From an uncultured virus (IMG/VR IMGVR_UViG_3300020451_000536) (taxonomy: Duplodnaviria > Heunggongvirae > Uroviricota > Caudoviricetes): a stretch of 64,000 nt of DNA. The translations under genes and the position numbers were made by a program. Positions within the stretch are counted from its first letter, which is position 1. The number at the start of each line of letters is the position of its first letter. Location of the stretch: IMG/VR virus record IMGVR_UViG_3300020451_000536. One strand, written 5' to 3'. Positions 28,833 through 38,936 of this stretch are shown here, piece by piece. The notes below the pieces were generated by a model, which saw nothing but the letters and a program-made list of their open reading frames with translations, made no database searches and was not told the origin of the DNA.

Positions 28833-28857
28833 TATCTACAACTCCTTTATATTGTTA

Positions 28858-28865
28858 TATTTATA
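28858..28865 (-). promoter_or_regulatory. Late promoter for gp20
   Basis: TATAAATA in the gp19-gp20 gap. Confidence 0.75.
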
Positions 28866-28868
28866 GAG

Positions 28869-29402
28869 TTATAAATTGATGCCTGTGACTCTGAATGTGT
28901 CATATCTCCAAATGATATCAAATTGTTCAATAGCATCATTAGTATCATATGCAAGTTCTATTGCACCTAATGATTGAGGATAACAACCTTCAAGAACATA
29001 TTGATGAAGAATTGTATCATCTCTATCTAGTTGTTGAACAATCATATCTACTCTGTAATCAGCTGGGTTTGTTGCACCAGTATTATTAACTAAGTCATTA
29101 ATACCGTTCATCCATCTTTCAACTTCTCTACGAACTCCAAAATCTGTATCGTTAAATACAGAAGTAGTCCAAGTTTCAAATGTTCTTTCACCAGCAACAT
29201 AAAGAGTTCTACCTCTGAATGGAATTGCAATTTCAGCAAGTGTTTGACCAGGCAAAGATGCTGACCTACACAGAAATGCAAACTGTTCAGTATTGATAGC
29301 TGCAGTTACTTGTCCGACTGGAGGAGGTAATATTACCCTAAACTGATTGGCACGAGCACCACCACCAGCGAGTCTTGATTTAAAATCGTTAATATTTGCC
29401 AT
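28869..29402 (-). CDS. gp19: Tail tube protein
   Basis: GGARANQF.V, LCRSASLPG, PFRGR.L.VAGERTF..W, QLDRD. Confidence 0.96.
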   Translation of the reverse strand: MANINDFKSRLAGGGARANQFRVILPPPVGQVTAAINTEQFAFLCRSASLPGQTLAEIAIPFRGRTLYVAGERTFETWTTSVFNDTDFGVRREVERWMNGINDLVNNTGATNPADYRVDMIVQQLDRDDTILHQYVLEGCYPQSLGAIELAYDTNDAIEQFDIIWRYDTFRVTGINL

Positions 29403-29406
29403 CTAA

Positions 29407-31419
29407 TTACCCTCCTATCTCTGTAAACGCAACACCAGTTCGTACAGCGACAAAGTTAAGAGTGATAAAGTTGATAGACCTTGTTGGTTTGACAAAAATG
29501 TCAGCAACAAATTCGTTTCTATCAATTACTTCACCAGTGTTATTAGATTCATCTGCAACTACTTTAAAGTCAGTAATACCTCTTCGTCCTTGAATCTCTC
29601 TCAAGAAAGGTTCTACTAAGTTTTTAAACTGAGCTCTTGTGAATTCATCATTGAACTCAAATAGTTGGAACTTAGCTGCAGTTGCGATTGCCTTTTCAAG
29701 AATAATGAATAATCTTCTAACATTAATTCTGTCAAATGCACTTGGTTTTGCAAGAGCAGTCTTATCACCAAATAACACAGTACCTTGGCCAGGAAATGAG
29801 TTAACTGGATTAATTCTTGCTTTATATAGTGTATCTCTTTGGTCTTTGTTAGGTTCGTATGCAAGTTTAACTGCACCTCTAATTTGACCTCTGGTAAAAC
29901 CAGCAGGAGAGAAAAACGCATCTGCAACAGATTCAGTAAATGCAGTTACACCAGCGATATCACCATTTAATGGTACATAACGATACACATCGTTAAATCT
30001 ATCATATTGGTACTTGTAACCACTATCAAAAACTGCAAATGATGTACTTGGAAGTAAATCAAAAAAGTTCTTGACATTTGTAGTTTGTGTGTTAGAATCT
30101 GCAACACCTACAACATCACTTCTTTCTGGAGAAATAAAGACTAATGCATCTTTTCTTTTTTCCACGATAGTTACTAAGTTTGTTGCAAGAGTTGAAGTTG
30201 CTTTTGCAGCCATAATTAGGTTTACATCAACTGCTTCACCGTCATCAAATCTTGCGTATGCAGTAAGTTGTTCACCGTCTGTAACAGCATAATCATCTGT
30301 TCCATTTGCAAGTGTAGACCTATCTACATTTTCTACACCAGTTGTAAGTTTATTAAAAGCACTTGAACCTTGTACTGATAAATCAGATGAAAGAGGTTGA
30401 CCCCAGTCACCAGATGCATCAATAGCTGCAGTTGGGTGGTCTCCCCAATAAACAAATTTAGAATCTCTGTAAATTACATCTGGATAAAAATTTGAATTAC
30501 CTTGAGGTGTACTTGCTTCTGGGTGTTTTGATACAAATGCAAATGTTTCTAGTATAGAGTTTAATCTCTCACCAGCAACATCGTTATCAAAACCAGTTTG
30601 TCTTCCAGATGAATCATATACAACAATGTGTATTTCATCATCAAGAACACCTCTTGCAGTTGCAAATTCAGATGTGCCTGGAGCAGTATCAAATAAATCT
30701 GAAAATCTCCAGTATCTTTTTACATAAGAGTCATCTGCTAGGTCTGCGATTAATCCACTACCAGCAGGGTCATCTAATTGTCTAAATGTAATTGTTTCAG
30801 CAGAAAAATCAACTGCTGTAATTTCGTATTTTTGTGCTTCGTGTCCAGTTGCAAAAACTGTACCACCAGCGTCTGAATAAAATTCTATAACTTCACCAAC
30901 TGCAAAATCACCAGTTGCAATCGCATCCATTGTAATTGTTGTTTCAGCTGCAGATGCAGAAGCATCATTAACTTGTTTATTTGACATTTCTGAAAAGTTA
31001 TTTTTATCACAAATGTCTATTTTAATTCCGTTTGCGTGTATACCAGCCGTTCTTGCTGACCAAGTACCGTGAGTACCTTGTCCGTCTGCAAAAGATTCTT
31101 GATAATGCAAAGTGTTTCTGATTAATATACCAGAACCACCAGAAGATGCATTTTTCAATGTACTTTCAGTTCTTACAACTCTTAGTGAATTTGAATACTG
31201 TAAAAAGTTTGCAGCTGTGAAAAAATACTCAAAATTGTTTGCATTTGGTTTACCAAATACTTCAACGAGTTGTTTTTCGGAACTGATACTTGTTATTTCA
31301 CTGACAGGCCCTTTTTCAAAGGGGCCACAAACAGCACCAATAGTTGTAGAAACAGCAGGGACGATATTCGTTAGGTCAACTTCTTTGACTTCTACGCCTG
31401 GAGAAACTTGAAAACCCAT
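29407..31419 (-). CDS. gp18: Tail sheath protein
   Basis: SPGVEVKEVDLT, YDRFND.YRYVPLNGDIAG, FSPAG..RGQI, SAFDRINVRRLF. Confidence 0.98.
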   Translation of the reverse strand: MGFQVSPGVEVKEVDLTNIVPAVSTTIGAVCGPFEKGPVSEITSISSEKQLVEVFGKPNANNFEYFFTAANFLQYSNSLRVVRTESTLKNASSGGSGILIRNTLHYQESFADGQGTHGTWSARTAGIHANGIKIDICDKNNFSEMSNKQVNDASASAAETTITMDAIATGDFAVGEVIEFYSDAGGTVFATGHEAQKYEITAVDFSAETITFRQLDDPAGSGLIADLADDSYVKRYWRFSDLFDTAPGTSEFATARGVLDDEIHIVVYDSSGRQTGFDNDVAGERLNSILETFAFVSKHPEASTPQGNSNFYPDVIYRDSKFVYWGDHPTAAIDASGDWGQPLSSDLSVQGSSAFNKLTTGVENVDRSTLANGTDDYAVTDGEQLTAYARFDDGEAVDVNLIMAAKATSTLATNLVTIVEKRKDALVFISPERSDVVGVADSNTQTTNVKNFFDLLPSTSFAVFDSGYKYQYDRFNDVYRYVPLNGDIAGVTAFTESVADAFFSPAGFTRGQIRGAVKLAYEPNKDQRDTLYKARINPVNSFPGQGTVLFGDKTALAKPSAFDRINVRRLFIILEKAIATAAKFQLFEFNDEFTRAQFKNLVEPFLREIQGRRGITDFKVVADESNNTGEVIDRNEFVADIFVKPTRSINFITLNFVAVRTGVAFTEIGG

Positions 31420-31460
31420 ATTTCTACTCCTTATATAGTTTAATTAATCTACTACAACTA

Positions 31461-31468
31461 TATTTATA
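31461..31468 (-). promoter_or_regulatory. Late promoter for gp18-gp19
   Basis: TATAAATA upstream of AAGGAG SD. Confidence 0.75.
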
Positions 31469-31517
31469 AAAAATCGTTTTTTGTATGTTTGTTTTTATAC
31501 CAAGTCTAAATATAAAT

Positions 31518-31844
31518 ATGAGTGAACATTATCAAAAATACCGTAACACAATACGAAAAGTTGCACGAAGACACCGTAGATTAAAAGACAAATGGATTAA
31601 CGAACAGTTAAGAGATAAATCTTGTAAATATTGTGGTGAATCTGAAATAGTTGTATTAAAATTTTATCCAGATGATAGAAAGATTCGTGCAGATTCTAAA
31701 AAGAAAAGTTTAAAAAAAGATACTAGAAAATTGTTATTAGAACAAATAGATAACAATGTAATAGTCTGTCATAACTGTTTTTTGAAAAAAGATAATGATT
31801 TAATTGATGAAGATTCATTTACCAATTTGTATCATACTTCCTAA
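31518..31844 (+). CDS. HNH-like zinc-finger protein, apparently degenerate endonuclease
   Basis: CKYCGE...LKFYPD...VIVCHNC; the only sizeable plausible + strand gene; preceded by CTAAATA. Confidence 0.65.
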   Translation: MSEHYQKYRNTIRKVARRHRRLKDKWINEQLRDKSCKYCGESEIVVLKFYPDDRKIRADSKKKSLKKDTRKLLLEQIDNNVIVCHNCFLKKDNDLIDEDSFTNLYHTS

Positions 31845-33459
31845 CAACTGGTGTCCACCTTTCACCATATTCATCTACTTGTGGTATAGGGTCATCAATA
31901 CCATTATCTAGGAAACCAAATGGTGCAAGGTCTTGTTCTAATTGATTTTGACTTTCTGCAAACAACTTAGCTCTAACATCACTGTCAGTAAGTTCTTTAA
32001 AATAAGTTTGTCCAGATAACCACGCAAATAGTACACAACACATCATTAAATCATCGTGGTGTCCTTCTTCTGCTTGATATGACTGTCCGTGAAGAACAAA
32101 TGAAGACATCTCTGCAACTATATCGTAATCTTCCAATATAATCTTATTAGACTCTACCATTGTTTTTAGATTAGAACAACCGATTTTTTTAACTGCTTTA
32201 GTTGTTCTCACACCAAGTTGTGATTTACCACCACTAAATCCACCACCAACTATTTGACCAGCACGACCTCTCATACTTGCCATAATTAGATTATCATATT
32301 CTAAATCAAATTGTAATGCATTTGCAACTTGGTCACCAATATCATTTACTTCTATTAATACAAATGCTTGATTGTATGCAAGTGCAACATCTTTAATAAT
32401 ATTAGGAAATAACATAGGTTTTATTTCATTATTTTTATATTTTGCAACCATACGATATGGTAATTGAGAAACATCAACAACTATAAATGCAGATGCATCA
32501 CCTTGAATACCTCTAGCTACATCTGCAACAATTACATATGTACCACCTTTTTTAGGTTTTTCATATACATCAAGACCAGCATTAGATGTTAAAGGTGTTC
32601 TTAAAGGTATTGTTTTTATTTTAGATGCATTTATTAATGTATTAGTAGAACCTAAGAACTCACACTCAAATTCTTTTTGAAACTGTGCTTCACTTGTATT
32701 TGCAATCGTTTCTTTTTTCCATTTCTCATCTCTGCCTGGTACTTCAGACCAATGAACCTCTATCGGTACATAAGTATTCTTTTTTGTTTCTGCATCTGTC
32801 CATAATTTATAATACATATTCATACCGTTTGGTGTTGACACAATAATCACCTTTGTAGATTGACCAGATGAAATAGTAGGATAAACTGAACTAAAAAACT
32901 CTTCTGCAATATTTGTAGGTACAAACGCAAACTCATCTAAAAATATCATATTGTATGAACCACCACGAACTGCACTTGATGATGTTGAAGCTGCAACTAT
33001 GCGTGAACCATTTTCTAATTCTAAACTACCTTTATTCCACGATAGTATTCCTTGTTGCAACCATTTAGGTAAATGTTCATATGCAAGTTGTAATCTAGAT
33101 AAAATATCTCTTGCAGTTGCAGCTTTGTTTGCAAGTATCGCTACATTCATATTTTGATTAAATAAAACATAATGTAATATATACGAAACCATTGTGGTTG
33201 TTTTACCAGATTGTCTAGGTAGTTTACAGATTGTAAAACGATTGTTGTGAAATGTACCAACCATTTCTTTTTGAAAAGGGTACATATCAAATGGTATTAA
33301 ACCTTTATCTAATGATACAATTTTTATATATTTTTCTATAAAATACTGTGGGTCATTCATACATTTTTGAAACTCAAGAATATTTTCTTTTGTAAACTCT
33401 TGACTTACAAATGCTTTCTTTAAATTAGGATTTCCTAGATATTGATTTTCTATGCCCAT
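31819..33459 (-). CDS. gp17: Terminase large subunit
   Basis: YLGNPNLK, PRQSGKTT, FLDEFAF, STPNG.N, DVARG, HDDLMM. Confidence 0.98.
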   Translation of the reverse strand: MGIENQYLGNPNLKKAFVSQEFTKENILEFQKCMNDPQYFIEKYIKIVSLDKGLIPFDMYPFQKEMVGTFHNNRFTICKLPRQSGKTTTMVSYILHYVLFNQNMNVAILANKAATARDILSRLQLAYEHLPKWLQQGILSWNKGSLELENGSRIVAASTSSSAVRGGSYNMIFLDEFAFVPTNIAEEFFSSVYPTISSGQSTKVIIVSTPNGMNMYYKLWTDAETKKNTYVPIEVHWSEVPGRDEKWKKETIANTSEAQFQKEFECEFLGSTNTLINASKIKTIPLRTPLTSNAGLDVYEKPKKGGTYVIVADVARGIQGDASAFIVVDVSQLPYRMVAKYKNNEIKPMLFPNIIKDVALAYNQAFVLIEVNDIGDQVANALQFDLEYDNLIMASMRGRAGQIVGGGFSGGKSQLGVRTTKAVKKIGCSNLKTMVESNKIILEDYDIVAEMSSFVLHGQSYQAEEGHHDDLMMCCVLFAWLSGQTYFKELTDSDVRAKLFAESQNQLEQDLAPFGFLDNGIDDPIPQVDEYGERWTPVVRKYDTNW

Positions 33460-35249
33460 TGAAGTGAAACACCGTGAATAGTATTAACATGAGATAATCC
33501 AGCACCTACTATTTTCCAGCGAACTTGTACTTGAGGACTTGCTGAACCAGTTAAAGGTGTACTACCAGTAAATATTTTAGTTCCAGAAGAACCAGATACA
33601 TACCCAGTATCTGTTAAAGTTATTGCATTAAAAGTTGTATTATCTCTAGTTGCAGATGCAGTTAGTTCTGAATTTAATGCACTATTAATTTCTGCGAATA
33701 CCACTATTCTTGCTTTAGTCGGAGTAGAACTTGCAGTAAATGTATCAGATATTAAGGTTGTTGATGTATCTGATATATTACCTTGTATTTCTTTAACAAT
33801 AACAACACCAGGCCCACCATCTCCTCCAACAGCACCACCAGCAGGAGTGGAAGGATTAATATTTCTTGCACCAGCTCCACCTCCACCACTATTTACAGCA
33901 CCAGGCAAGCCAGGAAACCAATTTGGTTGTACTAATGGGGTGGTGTTTGTATCTCCACCACCGAAAGGTACTGAAGTACCTTCTGGAAATTCGCCTGCAC
34001 CAGCACCAGCACCACCACCAGCATAACCTACTGATGTAGTACCATCTGCAATATTATAAAGTAAACCATTACCACCCTCTCCACCGATAGGGCCTTCTGC
34101 ATCTCCACCAACACCACCAGCGCCGCCACCACCAGCAGTTGCTAGTTCACCCCCAGCATCTGGTTGATTTACACCACCATCATTTCCAAAACTTCCAGGC
34201 GAATTTACTGGTAAAATTGAAGGACTTAATGGAATAGGATGATTTTCATCTTGTTTACCTTCCCCACCAGGCCCCATATATGGCCCAGGCCCAGCACCAC
34301 CACCACCACCAGAACCACCCTCGTGATAAGTTTCACCAGATACACCACCCATATATGGATGCGAACCAGAAGTTAGATAACCACCACCAGCACCTCCACC
34401 TTCACCTATAAGAGGCCCGAAAGATGAATCAGAACCAGTTTCGCCAGGTGAATAATATGTATGTGCCATTGGGTATGAATATTGTGGGTGTTCATAACCA
34501 CCGAATTCGCCAGTTCCTACACGGCCATCTGGTCTTGCAGTAGGAGTGTAAGGTGTTGAACCAGGCGCTGGAGGATTATATCCAGCACCTTCTCCACCAG
34601 CACCAACCACTACTGCAACTGTACCACCAGGCGTTACTGGATAATTTGGATAGTATATTAAACCACCAGCACCAGCACCACCACCTTTAACAGTATTATA
34701 ACCACCAGAGCCTCCACCTCCACCACCTCCAACAACTAAAACATTAACACTCGTAACTCCAGACTCAACAGTATATGTGTGGGGCCCAGTTGCTGTAAAT
34801 GAAAATATATTTTGAGTTGGTGGAGTAGAGGGCATAAAACCAGAACCACCAGAGTAAAAATCTGAAGAACTATCATATGTTACATTAGAATTTTCAGCAG
34901 TATCTATACCAGACTCATCATTAAACTCATCCACAACACCATCTTTTAAATTAAATATTGTGAGTCCCTCTGCGACTGCCATTTTAAAACCTAATACACC
35001 AATATTAAAAGTATTTGTATCTGATTGTGCTACATTTGCAACTTGAAATGCACCAGCACCATTTAATAATTCTGATGCACTACCAGGCAAATTTAATTTT
35101 GAAAATGCAATACTAGCTTGTGGTGATACATCTGTATTTGCGATAGTATTATCTAATATTATATCTGAATTAACACTACTATCTGCAAGTTTATCAGAAT
35201 CTAATGCACTATCACCAATAAGATTTTTATTTACTTTTGTTATTCCCAT
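33450..35249 (-). CDS. Gly/Pro-rich modular virion protein, paralog 7 of 7
   Basis: Family N-module FNIGVLGFKMAV.EGLTIFNL.DGVVDEF; Gly-rich core; C-module ending IHGVSLQWA. Confidence 0.85.
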   Translation of the reverse strand: MGITKVNKNLIGDSALDSDKLADSSVNSDIILDNTIANTDVSPQASIAFSKLNLPGSASELLNGAGAFQVANVAQSDTNTFNIGVLGFKMAVAEGLTIFNLKDGVVDEFNDESGIDTAENSNVTYDSSSDFYSGGSGFMPSTPPTQNIFSFTATGPHTYTVESGVTSVNVLVVGGGGGGGSGGYNTVKGGGAGAGGLIYYPNYPVTPGGTVAVVVGAGGEGAGYNPPAPGSTPYTPTARPDGRVGTGEFGGYEHPQYSYPMAHTYYSPGETGSDSSFGPLIGEGGGAGGGYLTSGSHPYMGGVSGETYHEGGSGGGGGAGPGPYMGPGGEGKQDENHPIPLSPSILPVNSPGSFGNDGGVNQPDAGGELATAGGGGAGGVGGDAEGPIGGEGGNGLLYNIADGTTSVGYAGGGAGAGAGEFPEGTSVPFGGGDTNTTPLVQPNWFPGLPGAVNSGGGGAGARNINPSTPAGGAVGGDGGPGVVIVKEIQGNISDTSTTLISDTFTASSTPTKARIVVFAEINSALNSELTASATRDNTTFNAITLTDTGYVSGSSGTKIFTGSTPLTGSASPQVQVRWKIVGAGLSHVNTIHGVSLQWA

Positions 35250-37039
35250 TGTAATGATACTCCGTGAATTTTATTTGCACCACTCAAAGATGAACCTACT
35301 ATTTTCCAACGAAGTTGAACTTGTGGACTCGCTGAACCAGTTAAAGGAGTTGAACCAGTAAATATTTTAATACCAGAACTTCCTGCTTCAAAACCCTCGT
35401 CTGTAAGAGTTATTGCATTGAATGTACTATTATCTCTTGTTGCACTTATAGTAAAATCAGAAAGACCGTCTGGTAATTCTGCAAATACTACAATTCTTGC
35501 TTTAGTTGGTGTTGAACTTGCAGTGAAAGTATCTGATACTAAAGTCATACTTGTATTAGAAACATTTCGTTTACTTTCTGCAACTATTATAATACCAGGC
35601 CCACCATCACCACCGTATGCACCACCAGCAGGAGAAGAAGGATTAACATTTCTTCCACCAGCACCACCACCTCCACTATTTACAGCACCAGGCAAGCCAG
35701 GAAACCAATTTGGTTGTTGATGATTAGTTTGATTTGTATCTCCACCACCAAAAGGTACTGAAGTACCATCTGGAAAACCAGGCGTATCAGAACCAGCACC
35801 ACCACCAGCATAACCCACTGATGTAGTACCATCAGCAATATTATAATTTAATCCTATACCACCAGCTCCACCAGCTTCTCCACTTCCTTCAACATCTCCA
35901 CCAACACCACCAGCGCCACCGCCGCCACCAGCTGCAGTGTCAGTAGGAACATCTGGTTGTAATGTACCACCATTATTACCAAAACTTCCAGGCGAGTTTA
36001 CTGGTAAAACTGATGGAGTCAATGGTATTGGATGATTTGCAGTTTGTTTACCCTCTCCACCAGCACCAACATAACTTTGTGGCCCAGAACCACCAGCACC
36101 ACCACTTCCACCTTCGTGATAAGTTTCACCAGATACACCACCCATATATGGATGTGAACCACTGGTTAACCAACCACCACCAGCACCTCCACCTTCACCT
36201 ATAAGAGGCCCAAATGCAGAATCAGTACCAGTTTGTCCAGGCGAGTAATATGTGTGTGACATTGGATAACTATATTGTGGATGTTCGTAACCACCAAATT
36301 CACCAGTTCCTACACGACTATCTGGTCTTGAAGTTGGTGTATAAGGTGCAGAACCAGGCGCTGGAGGATTGTACCCAGAACCCTCACCACCAGCACCTAC
36401 TGATACTGAAACTGAACCACCAGGCGTTACTGGATAATCTGGGTAATAAATTAAACCACCAGCACCAGCACCACCACCTTTAGTATAATTATAACCACCA
36501 GAACCACCACCTCCGCCGCCTCCAACGACTAATACATTAACTGTTGTAATGCCAGGTTCAACAGAATATGTTCCAGAACCAAGTGAAGTAATAGATGTTC
36601 TACCTACTTCTGGAGAAGGTATAGGAATATTTGTTCCTTGATTCGTATAAAAATCTGAACTAGAGTCGTAAGATGCAGTAACATTTTCAGCAGTATCTAC
36701 GCCAGATTCATCATTAAATTCATCTACAACACCATCTTTTAAATTAAATATTGTGAGTCCATCATTAACTGCCATCTTGAAACCTAAGACACCAATGTTA
36801 AATGCATTTTCATCAATACCAGTTGTATCAATAGCACCAAATGAACCATCACCACGAACAAATTGTGATGGTGGGCCAGGTAATGCAACCTTAGTTGCTG
36901 AAATGTTTGCACTAGGAGAAATATCTTCATTTGTAATTGTTGCACTTATTTTAGAAGTATCAACTGCACCAGTATCTATTTCTCCACTTCCAATAGAATC
37001 ATTACTTAAATTCTGATTTTCTAACTTAGTTATGCCCAT
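35240..37039 (-). CDS. Gly/Pro-rich modular virion protein, paralog 6 of 7
   Basis: Same N/C modules; core very similar to 33450..35249. Confidence 0.85.
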   Translation of the reverse strand: MGITKLENQNLSNDSIGSGEIDTGAVDTSKISATITNEDISPSANISATKVALPGPPSQFVRGDGSFGAIDTTGIDENAFNIGVLGFKMAVNDGLTIFNLKDGVVDEFNDESGVDTAENVTASYDSSSDFYTNQGTNIPIPSPEVGRTSITSLGSGTYSVEPGITTVNVLVVGGGGGGGSGGYNYTKGGGAGAGGLIYYPDYPVTPGGSVSVSVGAGGEGSGYNPPAPGSAPYTPTSRPDSRVGTGEFGGYEHPQYSYPMSHTYYSPGQTGTDSAFGPLIGEGGGAGGGWLTSGSHPYMGGVSGETYHEGGSGGAGGSGPQSYVGAGGEGKQTANHPIPLTPSVLPVNSPGSFGNNGGTLQPDVPTDTAAGGGGGAGGVGGDVEGSGEAGGAGGIGLNYNIADGTTSVGYAGGGAGSDTPGFPDGTSVPFGGGDTNQTNHQQPNWFPGLPGAVNSGGGGAGGRNVNPSSPAGGAYGGDGGPGIIIVAESKRNVSNTSMTLVSDTFTASSTPTKARIVVFAELPDGLSDFTISATRDNSTFNAITLTDEGFEAGSSGIKIFTGSTPLTGSASPQVQLRWKIVGSSLSGANKIHGVSLQWE

Positions 37040-38931
37040 TGTAGTGCAACTCCGTGAATTTTATTTGTACCAGTAAGTGATGAACCAACAACTTTCCACC
37101 TCATCTGAACTTGTGGACTAGCACTTCCAGTTAAAGGAGTTGAACCAGTATATATCTTAATACCACTTGAACCACTTACATATCCAGTATCAGTTAATGA
37201 TACTGAATTATATGTAGTATTATCTCTTGTGACTGATATTGCAACATCGGTATTTAAATCATCTGCTAGTTCTGCGAATAAAACAATTCGTGAAGTAGAT
37301 GGTGTTGAGTTTGCAGTAAAAGTATCTGATACTAAAGTCATACTTGTTGAACTTGAACCAGCATCAAAAACTAAAAGAATACCACCATCACCACCAATGT
37401 TTGTAGTACCACTAGCTGCACCTTCACCTTGAGCTCCAGCTACAAAAAGTGCTTGTCTTGGTGACGGTAATGCAGTATAATATGGTGCTTCATCAAACAC
37501 ACTTAATGGAGCAGGATGTGAATTTCTACTTCCAACTGCTGTTTCATATTCTAAAGATGGAGTGGGAACATATGTAGGATTAGAATATCCAGCACCACCA
37601 CCAGCACCTCCAGTATAACCGCCTGGGTCAGATGTACCACCACCTCCGTGATATCCAGAACCACCACCACCATAATGATAAGGTGGATAAGCAATACCAC
37701 CACCTTGAAAATGTATTGCATCTGGATGTGGAGATTCTTGTGTCCACTCTGCTGGGCCAAACCCAGAACCCTCACCAAAAGGGTATGACCCTAAATGTCC
37801 GTTTGCTTCTTGGTCTGCACCACCACCAGATGCATTAGTACCACCAGAACCAGCAGTAGGTACACTAAAACTACCAGAACCATTAGTACCAGCAGTAAAT
37901 CCACCACCACCAGCTTGTGCTTGTGGAGCACCATTTGAGTTCTCACCACAAGCACCAGAACCTACAATTAAAACTGATTCACTTGCATTAGTTGGGGAAA
38001 CTGTATCTGCAAAACCTGGCCCTTCATCTGGATAAGTGCCAGGCGAATCTGGTTGATGATGAAGTCCAATTTCATTATATGCACCACCTTCTATAATTGT
38101 AACTTCACCATCAAAAATTCCAGTAAAACCACCACCGCCACCAACAGCACTACCACCTCCACCACCATAACCACCATTACCACCTATTTGTGGAGCTGTG
38201 TATTGAGGGGTACTGTATTGTGGGCCAGTAGCACCTTCACCAACAACATAATCCCAAGTCGCACCAGCAATAGATGGACTTGTTATTGTACCTTGTACAC
38301 TACCACCAGAACCACCAGCACCATTACCATTATTAGCACCACCAGCACCAACCATAGTTGCTTCTATTGAAGTTGTTAATGTGGGAAATGTGATACTACC
38401 TTGAGTTCCAAATGCACCGAATGTTGCCTCTTGAGAAGTATATGTAATTAATGGTGCGTGTTCTGGGTTTTCAAATGTAACTGCATCTACACCGAGATGC
38501 ATTGCAACACCAGGCGTAGGTGATAAATTTTGATAAAAGTCTGATGCAGATTCATAAGCTGCGTTAGAGTTTTCACTAGTATCAATACCACCCTCACTAT
38601 TAAATTCGTCTACAATACCATCAACAAGATTAAAAATAGTCAGTCCTTCATTGACCGCCATTTTGAATCCTAACACACCAACATTAAATGCATTATTACC
38701 TACTGCACTTAAATCAACAGCACCAAAACTTCCATCACCTTTTAAAAAATCTGATGAACTTCCAGGCAAACTAAATTTATTTAATGCGATTGCAGCTGAT
38801 GGAGAGATATCAGTATCAACTATTGATGCGTTTGATATATCAGCAGATGAAACTGAATTAGGTTGAATCTGACTAGAACTAACTTTACCAGAGTCTTGAA
38901 TCATCTCACTGTTTACTTTAGTATCAGACAT
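37030..38931 (-). CDS. Gly/Pro-rich modular virion protein, paralog 5 of 7
   Basis: Same N/C modules; most divergent core. Confidence 0.85.
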   Translation of the reverse strand: MSDTKVNSEMIQDSGKVSSSQIQPNSVSSADISNASIVDTDISPSAAIALNKFSLPGSSSDFLKGDGSFGAVDLSAVGNNAFNVGVLGFKMAVNEGLTIFNLVDGIVDEFNSEGGIDTSENSNAAYESASDFYQNLSPTPGVAMHLGVDAVTFENPEHAPLITYTSQEATFGAFGTQGSITFPTLTTSIEATMVGAGGANNGNGAGGSGGSVQGTITSPSIAGATWDYVVGEGATGPQYSTPQYTAPQIGGNGGYGGGGGSAVGGGGGFTGIFDGEVTIIEGGAYNEIGLHHQPDSPGTYPDEGPGFADTVSPTNASESVLIVGSGACGENSNGAPQAQAGGGGFTAGTNGSGSFSVPTAGSGGTNASGGGADQEANGHLGSYPFGEGSGFGPAEWTQESPHPDAIHFQGGGIAYPPYHYGGGGSGYHGGGGTSDPGGYTGGAGGGAGYSNPTYVPTPSLEYETAVGSRNSHPAPLSVFDEAPYYTALPSPRQALFVAGAQGEGAASGTTNIGGDGGILLVFDAGSSSTSMTLVSDTFTANSTPSTSRIVLFAELADDLNTDVAISVTRDNTTYNSVSLTDTGYVSGSSGIKIYTGSTPLTGSASPQVQMRWKVVGSSLTGTNKIHGVALQWA

Positions 38932-38936
38932 TTTAC

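Noticed and set aside
580..33459. Inteins or introns in gp43, gp46, uvsW, gp20 or gp17
   Set aside because: Lengths are normal and the ORFs uninterrupted, with no intein terminal motifs.
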